Notes: generated by a model not told the origin, from the sequence alone. A stretch of 48,538 nt of DNA from Chlorokybus atmophyticus (GCA_009103225.1 RHPI01003491.1:251840-300377); one strand, 5' to 3'; counted from the first letter of the stretch, positions 23,170 to 34,479 are shown. Made by a program: numbers and translations.

Positions 23170-23740
23170 TGTCAGAGGCAGATCGCTCGGGAGCTGAACG
23201 TGGTGCCGCAGGCGTTGCAGCTGAACATACGGCATTGCCAATAGCTGTCGCTATTATGATATGCATGAGTAGCGACTTACGCCACTCTACCCTAATGGAC
23301 ATGTGTTGATGGCAACATGCTTGAGCAGGTCGTGGTCCAAGCCACGCCTGAACATGTCCGACTGGTCAGCATCATTGATAGGCAGGCGGCTAGCATTGAT
23401 CTTGCTGACATATAATTGAAAGTCTTAAAACGTATTGCTGAACAGAACACCCGTTTTGCTTCATGGTATGCAGCTCGTTGTGAGCTTGCTGAGCAAAATC
23501 CTTCCATCATAATGCCGCTCCATGAATGCAACCAATGCAGCAACAGTGGTCAGAGTGGTATCCCGACCATTTTGCCAATACCACTTAGCGAGTGCATTAT
23601 TACAAATTAGCAGTGAAATCACACGCAACTTGAATGGCTTAAAAGAGTGAAGACGAAATGTACGCCCCCAACTTTACAAACCAATTAAAGATAGCGCCTG
23701 ACTTTTTTAAGTTAAATTCCTCGGCCTAAGACGTGCCAAA
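23170..23740 (-). pseudogene. gag: Decayed gag fragment, probably of the minus-strand chromovirus
   Basis: Across frameshifts: ALAKWYWQN…, AQQAHNELHTMKQNGCSVQQY and DADQSDMFRRGLDHDLLKHV, the typical Retrotrans_gag pattern. It is in the right order and orientation between the 5' LTR/PBS and the protease. Confidence 0.65.
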
Positions 23741-25016
23741 GCTTGTATGGGCTATGCAGTACGCTCTATACATTCTGCAAGCGGTGCCTTAAGTGTCGAG
23801 ACCTTAAATCGAAAATCCCACACATGAATCCCGTATTCATTGTACAATTCAGCAGTCGTAAAAAACACTCTACGAGGATCTTTGCCAAACTTGGCGAGGA
23901 TATGCTTCACACCTCTATATTTTCCTTTTCCAAGATAAAGACGAAATCCGGCTGCAATACCAATCCTCTGAAGCAGCATCGTTTACGGGGTCATCTGCGA
24001 TGATGTTGTCCTCAGCATCAGAGGGATGTGGCATCGCCTCCAATGAGGACTCCTTCTCACGAGAGATAGGCTCATTTTTTAACTCTTCCTCTTTTAACGA
24101 GGGGACAGCTACGGAGGCACTTCCTTCAGCCATTTGCCCTACAAGGAAGCAAAATGGAGAAGTGAGAACCTCACAAGAATATTCAGCTTAACGATATGCT
24201 CAATATGACACCAAGTCCCCAACCGAATCCAAACAAATTTTAAAATAAGACTGGTTCGGATTTGGTTTGGGTATCTATTGTTGGATGTGAATTGTCACCA
24301 AACACAACATACCTCTGGAATACCTCAAAATACCTCTCTAGTAGGAGAGGTATATCCCATTCAAAGGAGACAAAAACGTCCTAGCCCTTCCCCCAAACTG
24401 TCTTCCACGTCCCGACCATAAGCTTTGAGTCAGAGGGGGAGAGGTTAGCTACAGCCCGGGTTGCGACTTACGGGCTCGGCGTAAAGCCGTTACAGAGGTG
24501 AGTCGTTGCAATGGCAGTGATTGACAGTGAAGATAGTGATTAGCAAGACGGTAACAAGCAATCACTGGCAGGCAATTACTGCAAGCAATGACTATGCGTG
24601 CATTACTGATTGGCAAGTAATTAATTTAGCAACTACACTGACATGGCAACGACTGTATGACAAGCACTGATGAAGTGCACTAACAAGCCCACACACACGC
24701 AAGCACTGGCAGTTAATGGCAGTTAATAATGATGCGGTGATGTGACAAGCAGTGATGATATCACCGACAAGGACATGTACACGCAAGCACAGGTAAGTCA
24801 TCAACAAGTCGAGTCCAGTTGACAGTGCACACCTTTCACGTCGGCGGCGGTAAAAGTGTCAGCTACTGCTCGAACAGGAGGTGGTGCACGGAAGCAAACC
24901 TGAAAGGCTGCTGGCGTGGAGGAGTACCGAGGCTGCTGCCGCCGCTTCTTAGTGGTGCAAAGCAGGTTGTCACCGCCCATAAATACTCACGTTGCCCACG
25001 AGCTCCTGGTTACCAA

Positions 25017-25578
25017 TGTAATAGCACTATCGTGGCAGGTAATGCCCCTTCAATCCTCTACCCCAACACCCACACCGCCGGAGACAAGCCGTATCACACT
25101 GCCGGCAGCATGGCGCTGCAAGGGGTAGAAGACTGATTGAGGGCCCATATTTTTACAGGGCCTTTTATAAATCAAGAGCATATTGCCATGATGCATCTTA
25201 ATATTGAACTCACAATGAGATATCATCCCTACAGATAGGGTTGCCGCTTAGAGATCTCGTGTGAGCTAATTAGAGCTTAGAGATTGAATGATAAGGTCCT
25301 CAATAGTAAGGACATATGGATAGGGTACATAGCGACTAAGTACCTAATTTGATATGTGGCTATAATGACCGCATATATGAAATGTGACATTAAATAGGCT
25401 TGAATAGGCGACTCTACCCCTATTGGGACCCATTAAAGCTATGATGAAGCAGTATAAGCCTTGATAAGCAAGGACCTGTGTAGAAAAGAGGCATATACAA
25501 ATATTTAAATATACCTATTCGTACAAAATGTGTCATTGATGTAGCACGAATACCCCTATTATTATTGCTCCCGCTACA
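25017..25578 (-). mobile_element. 5' LTR of a decayed minus-strand chromovirus, with PBS
   Basis: TG…CA ends, followed on the minus strand by the PBS-like TGGTAACCAGGAGC (25015-25002). Homologous to 11197-11745. Confidence 0.8.
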
Positions 25579-26190
25579 ATTTCACATGAGCGCCCGTTAT
25601 GCAGCGCAGTCAGCAACGCACAATAATCCATACATCATCAATGCAACTTGTTGCCGTTGAAAGCATCATTAAGTTTTTGGTGCACAACTACCTTATCACT
25701 GCCCATGCCCTCTTTAACAAACACCCGCTCTAACATGAAACTTGAGCTGTTGCTTGAATAACCTTAACGTGTGCGGTTTAAAGTGAACCTGTGAAGCAAA
25801 TTGACTGCAATACGTGTGAACAAAAGAGCATGCGGCATTATTCTTGCCTTGAAGGGCAGGGAAGCTATCTATGGTTAAGCTGCTGCAAGTAAATTAAGCT
25901 ACCAAAGTTTTAATTATGTGAGCACTATTGCATACTTCAGTTTGCTTCATGCCAAGCGCTCCTTCAGTCAAATTCATACCCGTGTCTTCTGGGGCCTTCC
26001 ACGTTCCAGTACAAGACTTGTCATGTACATGGCAACTTGTTTGGACTCCGTACACAATGTCGTGTTTGGGCCAAATCACACCCTGCATGCACAGTGCCAG
26101 GCTGAAGCATTCGCCAGCAGGAGAGCGAGCGACGGCGGTGCCGGCGGCGGCCGCAGCATTGCTCCGCAAGTTGCCGTCAGCTTCCTTTCT

Positions 26191-28385
26191 ATGGCCGACT
26201 CCGCCAACACCAAGCGGTAAGCGACTGGACAGTGGCAGCAAGCAGCTGCACGTTTCCGCAAGCTGCATGTTTTCAGAGAACAGGCATGATGGTGCTCTTG
26301 TTGTTATCGTGGTTAGCTTTGAGGGCAAAGTGTTCCTGGTGACTGGCGCCAGCAGCGTTGGCGCCGTCACCGCGGAGCACCTCGCCGCCCAGGGCGCCCA
26401 CGTTTGGGTCACTGCTTGCCGCAAGGACCTCCTGGAGCCAGGAGCTTGAGCGGAAAATTGTGGCCGCAAGCGGCAAAGGTAGGGTTTCGAGTGTATGCAC
26501 TATGCAAGTACGTGGGTTTGCTGTGTTCGCTTGTGTGAAGCGCATGTGTGCTGAGCCTGGTTAGCAGCATATCTTGGGTACACAAGAGAGACAATTATGG
26601 TAGTTTCGTCTTTCTGTCGTGCATTACGTTCATAGCAGCTGTTCAATCGGAAGCTGCAAGTCTGCCAGCACGCTAGCACGCTTATCACCAGAGAACACCA
26701 ACTTGAGAGTTGTTTGTCCGTTAGCTTCAGCATTGCTTTTAGCGCTATACTGCCACAACAATCACTGTTGTGGCAGTACAAGACCAATGCACTCAGCCAC
26801 CACAACAGTGCCTGTTGTGGCGGTGAGTGGTACCAGGTTGAGACAACATTCGAAGCAGCATACACAATGTGTCACGCATTCACCATGTAAGTGTATGTTA
26901 TGTCCACCAACATGAACGCAGTTCTATCTCGGAGAAATTACAACGTGTACATACAAGTGTTTGTTATGACAACCAACATGAACGTGGGTGTATTATGGAG
27001 AGAAAACAATGTGTACATAACAGCTTGCTTGCCAGTCGCTTCTGAGACCCCTTTTCGCATGCACCTTTAGCTTGTTAAATCAACAGTCTTACAGCGTCAT
27101 GTTGTCGTTGTCCAGTGTTGCAACCATTGTTTCCAAACTGGCTTTTTTCTCACAACACCAACATTGGCTTTCTCCCCATGCGACAGCAACTGCCGCTGTA
27201 TTGGACGTGACAGACACAGCGCAAGTTGAGCAGGTCAAAAGGGGTGTGCATGGTTGTGTCACGTGGTGTGGTGCATAGCAGCTCCATCGCTGACTGTTGG
27301 TTGTGTGTGCTATTGGAGTTAGGCAGTAGCGGACATTGTGGCAGCGCATGGAAAGCTTGACGGAGCCTTCAATAATGCAGGTGCGCAGTCTCGCCTTGCT
27401 GCTCATACAAATACAGAGTTTGACACAGCTTCTCTGTCATGTCAAGATTGTCTCTGTCAAGATTTGCGCTGGCATCAAGTAGATACCGTGCATGTTTTGC
27501 ATGCCCACACATATGCGTACATACGCACACACGCATGCACGCCCAACTTGCATGGGTGGTTTAACTGGCAAGAACACGCAATGTTGCTGTGGTTGCAGGC
27601 TACAACCCACCGGCAAGCCTCGTTGTCAACAACAGCATGGACGATCTGGACAAGACGCTGGCCATCAATGTTAGAGGCCAAGCAGCCTATATGAAGGTAA
27701 ACTTGTCTGCTGTTTTTCCAGCGCTTGCTCTCGCACAGTGATGCAGGTGATGCCAGTGTTGTTTTATGCGAGCAGCTGCTGATTTGCTGTGTCGTTGGGT
27801 TCTCTCAGCCATTGTGCACTTACTCGGTCTTGTTTATTTGGCTGTGGACTCTGTATCACCATTCAGTATGTTTACTCAGCCGCAGGCAGAGCTGCGACAG
27901 ATTCTCGCGCAAGGTCATGGCTCAGTTGTGAACAACACAAGCCTCGCTGGCCACAAGTACACGCCGCTCAGCAGCAGCTATTGCGCCAGCAAGGCTGCGC
28001 TTAACAGCTTCACTATCTCTGCAGCAGTGGAGGTAAAACTTAAGTTAACCAACAATGAATACACAGACAGATGTGTGTGTGTGCGCGTGCGTGCGTCAGC
28101 GTTGGGAGCACCCATGCTCATGTTGTGTTGCAGGTTGCGTAGAGTGGGGTGCGCGTGAACGCGATTGCTCCCGGTTTTACTCTCCCGTCAGAAATGTTCT
28201 CGGCAATGGTGAACCGCCCTTCTTATTCACTGGACTCTATTCTCGGTCCAAGCAAGAAAGTTGTTGACAGCGAAGACGTTGCTGCTATGGTGGCAGTTCT
28301 ACTTGATGACAGGCTGTCAAAGTCTGTGACAGGGCAAGTTATCAGCATCGATGGGGGTGCTGGTATCAACCACTACAACTTGTAG
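26191..28385 (+). pseudogene. Classical SDR pseudogene, copy 2
   Basis: Spliced reading gives MADSANTKR|FEGKVFLVTGASS-VG (one Gly of the glycine motif lost), AFNNAG, YCASK, RVNAIAPG and VTGQVISIDGG. Lesions: a frameshift near 26438-26441 and an in-frame TAG at 28140-28142 where copy 1 has CAG. Confidence 0.82.
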
Positions 28386-28843
28386 TATGAGCCGTGTTGA
28401 TATGATATATATTGCGGATTTGTCTCCTTGTGTCCATGTAGTATGAGTAGTGATGTGTTGTAGGATGCGATAAGTAACCACAGCGACATGTTGGGCTTTA
28501 CGTGGCCCGTGTGCATAACCTGTTGGTGGCTTGGCTCGTCAACACCTCCTCAGTAACCTATTGCGTGTACTGACCAATTAGCGCACAACCTGCAGGCGCC
28601 CCGACTTGAGCGCTAAGGAGGAGCACAGGTTGGCTTACTGCCTTTGCCAGTCGATGAGACCTTTTCCGGTCAGTCACCGTCTACCAGTGAACTCGCAGCT
28701 CAGCCCTTGAATCACACGTCGGGTGTTCAGCAAGTACAAATGATGACTGAATGCTTGTGCTGTCTTGTGTGTGCCAGTCACTGCATGTTGCATAAACACG
28801 CATACCCCGCTACACTTTTTTGTACGCTTGCTTGTGCTCAGCC

Positions 28844-28905
28844 NNNNNNNNNNNNNNNNNNNNNNNNNNNNNNNNNNNNNNNNNNNNNNNNNNNNNNNNN
28901 NNNNN
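28844..28905. other. Assembly gap
   Basis: N run, followed by (CA)n. Confidence 1.
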
Positions 28906-31796
28906 ACACACACACACACACTCCAGTAAGAGCTTGGTAGGTTGGTGCTGCTCTCGACAGCCAAGAGCAGGACGTGTAGAAGCGGGTAAAGGATGGATGA
29001 TCACAGCGCGTGCGCGGGGGGAAGGGCAGCTTCTGAACAGAGCGCAACACCCTGCCAACAATGACTTGGAAAAGGCGACGCTATGAATGCATCATATCAC
29101 TAGCTCCTGGCGGATGAATCGAGACAGCATTGGGCACGGTTCGTACAACAAGCCATGCAACCTGTGCGCAACAGCCCTTACAACATTGTTGAACATGTAT
29201 CTCGAAGTGTGCTGCACAACATGTTTTGCAGCTTTTATGTCTTCGTTCAAACAAGCTTGCCTGGTGAGCTACGAAATCACCAGATCAAAGTCTCTATAGT
29301 ACTACTGTTGCTCTTATCAAAGAGCATTATTGGTAATCCAAAGGTTGCATACTCTCTCATAACAAAACCCGTATTTACACCATACCAATCGCTTCAGATT
29401 GGTGTCTTCAAGTGAGAGTAATGTGGCACGAAGAGGCAGCGTTCTGGTTGTCGCCATAGTACCAATCCCAGTTCTGCTGAATGAGGAAGCGCTTGCCTTT
29501 GATGTACGTGTTGTACCGCTTGCCGGCATACAAGTACTGGGTGCCATACCTGCAAAGTATCACACAGATGTTGGTTGTGATGAATGGTGATGAAGTTTGC
29601 TGCGGCCAAGTGATGACATGTATGCATATTGGGGGCACTTACGTGTAAGCACACTTGTCGGCGTTCTCGTTGCCCTGCTTATCATGGTATGCGTTGAGTT
29701 TCGGGTCCGAGTGGGCCTCCATCAGCTGTAGTGACCAGAATTAGGATCGAGTTTTGACAAAGTAAACACACGTGTGCGCGTGCACCAACCCATCCCCCTC
29801 TTCCCCACCCACCCACCCACCCAAACACCCAAACACACATCCACGCACAACAGCCTATGCGTGCGTGCACATGCGTGTGCCAAAGACACGCATGCTCATA
29901 CGCACACGTACCCCACACAGGGTGTGCGCGTACACACACAGGTGCGCGTACACGCACATACGTAGAGACACACACATACACACCCACTCACCTCATGTGC
30001 CAGAACGCTGGCCATCATGTCACCCGCCCAGTCATTGGGTGCGCTAGACGGGTTAACCGACAGCGGGCCCCCACAATTTCTCGAGCAGCGCGTGGCCGCA
30101 TTACCAATGAACGCATATTTCATGTTGTACTTGTCGTACGTGTGCCAACCGCAGTGCTTCCTGCAACCCAACAACCCAACATGAGCGGGTGGGGAGTTGA
30201 ATCTCATAACATACAATCAGAGTTGAGGCTTACGTGCAGAAGCCAGGTATGGTGACCGTGTTGTCGGTGATGACAAAATATACGCCATTCGGGTCAACCT
30301 TCTTGCCGAAATATGGGCTCAGCGCAGCGTTGCGGGCGAGAATTTGCACTTGATTGTTGGTAAGTCTGCACGCACATTCATAAGTACACAACCATCAGTA
30401 CACAGAAGAGTTGCATTCAGGTGCAAAGCAGCTGTGCAATGCAAGCTCAAATCCAACATGTTGATAGCTATAGCCACTCACGTGTGCCCAAAGTGGTAGC
30501 CATTGTAGAGTACACTTCCCTTGAACACAACGGGGGAGTGGCCGAGGCTAAAGTCCGTCGTGTAACGTGACTCGATGTTCTTCCACCACCAAGTGTTACC
30601 AATACCCTACGTCCACAGGTATGATAAGTGTGTTGTGTCGCACGAAAGTAACGTGCACAACATCATGTGCACAAGACTCAACAGACTCTCAGGGGGTTGA
30701 TTGACACGTCAGTAGATTGAGTCAGTCAATTCACTCACCTGTGCAAGAGTTGTAAGTGTTGCGCCCGTTTTGCTGTTGGAATATGGCAGTCTGCCCCAGT
30801 TGCCATAAAAGGCGTAGTACACGTTGACAGGCCTGCCCTGGCCCATAACAGGACCTTTCCAGTAAAAGATGGGTGAGTTGATACCTGTGCAGGCGGAATA
30901 ATAACTTTAGCAAACATGTCGGGGATCAGAGGAGTGCTTGCCTTTGTGTAAGTCCAGCATAGATATGTGTGTGCGCCCGTGCAAGAATGTACGTGTACCT
31001 GCGTATGTGGATGCAGCCCCCTCTTCCAGCCCGTGCTTTTGAGCGTGTGGGTCGATTGCACCACTTGGCGCTTCTGCTCAGCACACAACTTGAGTCAGCT
31101 CAGCCGCTGCAACAGCAACAGTCCATCACGCATGTCTGTGTGCCACTCACTAGCGGTGGAGGCGTCGGTGTGCTGAGCTGCAACATCGCCATAATCGTTG
31201 TTGTTGATGGGATGGATGCGGAGGGGAGGAGGAATGTCGCTGTGGCTGGCAGAAGCTGCCGCCTTGTGCACCTCCTCAGCATTAATGTACTCCAGGCCTG
31301 TGAGCTCAACCATATCTGGCCAAGATACAAACTAGTCAGAGGAGATTGAGAGAACAAATGTACAACAGCTGTTGCACGCACAAGTGTACACATGCAGTGC
31401 ATCGCAAATAGCAGCGCAGACCAACCTGGCAGATCGTCAGCGGCAGTGCATCTGGGAATCATCTGCAACCAACCAACCAGCAGCAGGAAGAGGCAGCTCA
31501 TAGAGGCTGCTTTGGTTGACGCCATGGTCGTGACACTGATTCACTCGCACCGGCACGCCAACAACTGCACAGACACTGCCGCTTTTGCCCTAACATGTTG
31601 GTTTATATATCATATTGCCACGCGAGGCGCCCTGTTGCGCGGCCTGAGGCTGGGCTTAGCAATGCGTGACAGTCACTGACAGTTACTGACAGGGCATGGT
31701 GATCACCTGACTGGTACGTACAGCAACGGCGTACGGCAGCCTGCCCAATAATAAAATCTAATGACATTTACGTAGAGAAGCTCTACGGTAGAGCTG
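28906..31796 (+). repeat. Segmental duplication, copy B (matches 1-2868)
   Basis: Same alignment as copy A. The left boundary is obscured by the gap at 28844-28905. Confidence 0.92.
29408..31525 (-). CDS. EXL: PHI-1/EXORDIUM-like secreted protein, copy 3 (9 exons, intact, near-identical to copy 1)
   Basis: Exons and introns are nearly identical to copy 1. The only coding indels seen are in frame (+3 nt in exon 1, -6 nt in exon 2). Confidence 0.87.
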
Positions 31797-32004
31797 TGCC
31801 GTACGAGCGCAGCTGCCACGCGCTGCTTGGATCGAGCCTAGTGTTTCGAAGTAGCCAGCATTTCAAGCAATTTCACTATACATGAACTGCTTGCTAATCC
31901 GTCAGTTATGCTTGCTGATCCGGTGGTCATGGACTGCTCCGCAACTGATGCATGTTGCCAGAGCGCCAACTTCACGAGGGCCAAACGTCTTCTAGCCAGA
32001 TTGA

Positions 32005-32440
32005 TTCTCAATCGCTGACCTATCGAGCCAATGGCGTTGCGATAAGCACATTGCGGCCATTGGTACTGTTCACCTGTTCTTATCGTTAACGTGATGCGCG
32101 CGTGATTAGTCACATTAACGCGTGACATTTGATTTCTCATGGACCCCTCGATGAGCTATATTAATGTCTCCCATAAGAAACCTCATACGCACAATTAAGC
32201 GCTATACCGATCGGGGTTCACTTTTTGAACGACGCCCTCCAGCAATCGCCTCATCCGTGCTAAGCACATTGCCGTTGTTGGTTACAGTTAATCTGTTGAT
32301 AGTGTTAACGTGACATACGTGATCAGTCACATTTACGCGTTACTTTTGGCTTCTTATGGACCCCTCGACGCGCTATATTAACGCCTCCCGTAGGAAACCT
32401 CGTACGCACAATTAAGCGCTATACCAAACCGATGTCCACG
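32005..32440 (+). repeat. Two diverged tandem copies with a period of about 218 bp
   Basis: Shared blocks such as taagcacattgc, atggacccctcga and tacgcacaattaagcgctatacc recur about 218 bp apart. Confidence 0.8.
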
Positions 32441-33107
32441 CTTTCAATACATCGCGACCGTTCGTCTAATTGACTCTGGCAATTTAATTAACGTAACGCA
32501 CGTGACACATCACGCTTATGCGCGTGACTTTCACTTTTTCGGTGGCCCTTTTCGCGCCAGGTTAACGCCTTCTGTATATCATATGAAGTATATACGCATA
32601 CAATCATATACGCCTATACATGTAATATATGATATATATATAAAGATACATACACTTGCCTTAAAGGACATGTCACTTGCCATGTGCACACCGTGCTCTT
32701 TATGTGCATTTATTGCGATTGGTCGCCGATACTTGAGGAATTTCCAAACCTGGAGATGTACTTCTGCAAGCTCAGGACATTCAATGTCGATCCAATGATA
32801 GAGAACTATTACTCGCCGCCAGCTAGTTGCACTCGCCGCTTGGCGTTACTGTGTTGCCGTGTAGCGTGACGCGTCCATATTGACGCGCGCGTCAACGTTT
32901 TAAGCCGATTAATAAGGGTTAAATAGACAGTAGAAATGTTGCTTGCTTATAACGGTGGCGGGATCCCGTGAACGTTGAAAGCAAGGGGGCGAAAGAAACT
33001 TGCAGTAACCATCACTTCGAGTTCTTATCTGAGTGAACCCGACGGGTCCGATCAACAAGCCCCAATCGTAGTGTTACACATTCGAACACATCATTTCACA
33101 CCACTGC

Positions 33108-33640
33108 TGTAACGGGAAGGTACATTAATTACCACAAATCGACCATAAAAGCAGCAAGTCTTTTGTGGTCGAGTGGGCTGTGACATTGGTCATCGGAGCT
33201 TGAGACCCGGGTTCGATTCCTGCCTTGCACACGAATTCCGCGGTCGTTGTTTCTCGATCCAATAATCGTAAATGGTCACTTTATGAGTGCCATCATCGAT
33301 GGGTCGCGACTTGCCTAATGGCAGTCGCGCCGAAGTGACCTGACCAGTTCAGTCGGCGCGGCAGGGCGCGACCTGCCTATCGCGGCGACGCGACCTGTGG
33401 GGCCGGCAGCGGCGCGCTATGCGCGCGCTGACCGGTTTGGGCCTAAATTGGCCGGTCCTTGGATGGTGGGGCCGGTGACCGACCCTAACAAACCCCTTGG
33501 GTAATTCCCCAGCTGATGGCCGTCAGCTGCCGAGGACGTCAGCGTTCTTAAGTGGGGGGGAATGTAACGGGAAGGTACATTAATTACCACAAATCGACCA
33601 TAAAAGCACCAAGTCTTTTGTGGTCGAGTGGGCTGTGACA
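33108..33640 (+). mobile_element. TRIM-2: young TRIM, 533 bp, with tRNA-like A and B boxes
   Basis: 78-bp LTRs at 33108-33185 and 33563-33640 differ at 1 base. Perfect 5-bp TSD ACTGC at 33103-33107 and 33641-33645. PBS-like TGGTCATCGGAGC at 33187-33199. PPT GGGGGGGAA. No convincing coding content. Confidence 0.95.
33161..33220 (+). promoter_or_regulatory. Putative Pol III type-2 promoter of TRIM-2
   Basis: TTTT at 33161-33164, A-box TGGTCGAGTGG at 33166-33176 (inside the LTR) and B-box GGTTCGATTCC at 33210-33220 (internal). The 44-nt A-to-B spacing is typical of an intronless tRNA. Confidence 0.75.
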
Positions 33641-34479
33641 ACTGCGTCCATTGCGACGCGGTTACTTTTGCCGATGCGTCACACGGAGAGCTATTGAACG
33701 ATATGTCACATGTTGCATTGTCACATCACCCTGGGCCAAAAAGGCCGTGCCAAAAAGGGCCATTTGAATGTACACTTAAGTGTACATTTACATCCTTAGT
33801 GTTAATGCTAATCTCTATTGCGATGCGCGCTCAGCCCTCGTCATCAACTAACAATATCTTTTCTTTCCGTTCTTGCAACTGCTATAAGCATGTCTGGTCC
33901 ACTCATCGTAGCGGATGTCAGCTGCAATTAGCGGCAACGCCTCACACCATGCAGGCGGGAAACGGGAGGGGATCTGATTATCTCGAGGTTGTTGATGCGA
34001 TCTATTTCGTTCACCGTTGGGTGACGTGAGCAGGGGTGGATTCTGGCGCGTTGTGCCGACGGATTCGGGAATCTTGGCAGCTTATGATGTATGATACTTG
34101 TTGGTGTGTGTCGACGTCAGGGTTGTAATGGTATCACCAACAGTGCGCGCATTTTTCCAGAGTCAGTTGAAACTTTGCGCGAGAGGTAACCTAGCGCAGT
34201 GAGCGATAACTCCAACACTGACACGCTGCTTACGTTGCTGACGTCAAAGATTTTACATCAAGCTATCGCCTGTGCATCGACAGGCGTGATATCATCGCGC
34301 TGCATCTCGCATCACCACCGACACTCTGTACCGACTGCAATCGTCATAAACACATGACAACCATCAACCGGCCAACTGTCAAGACGTTATTGTGTCTTGA
34401 CCGGCGTCAACTGGCGGATGGAATGCCTGGCGCCACCCTCCACAGCTTCCCAACTGCATGTACAATCTGTGCGTAGCCG

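Noticed and set aside
24660-24685. CTGATGA as a hammerhead ribozyme core (retrozyme)
   Set aside because: No properly placed GAAA or flanking stems were found; likely chance in a low-complexity leader.
33159-33232. Possible genuine tRNA gene (Arg-TCG-like loop)
   Set aside because: There is no acceptor stem, the anticodon stem is poor, U33 is missing, and the sequence straddles an LTR/PBS junction. Treated as a tRNA-like promoter, not a tRNA.
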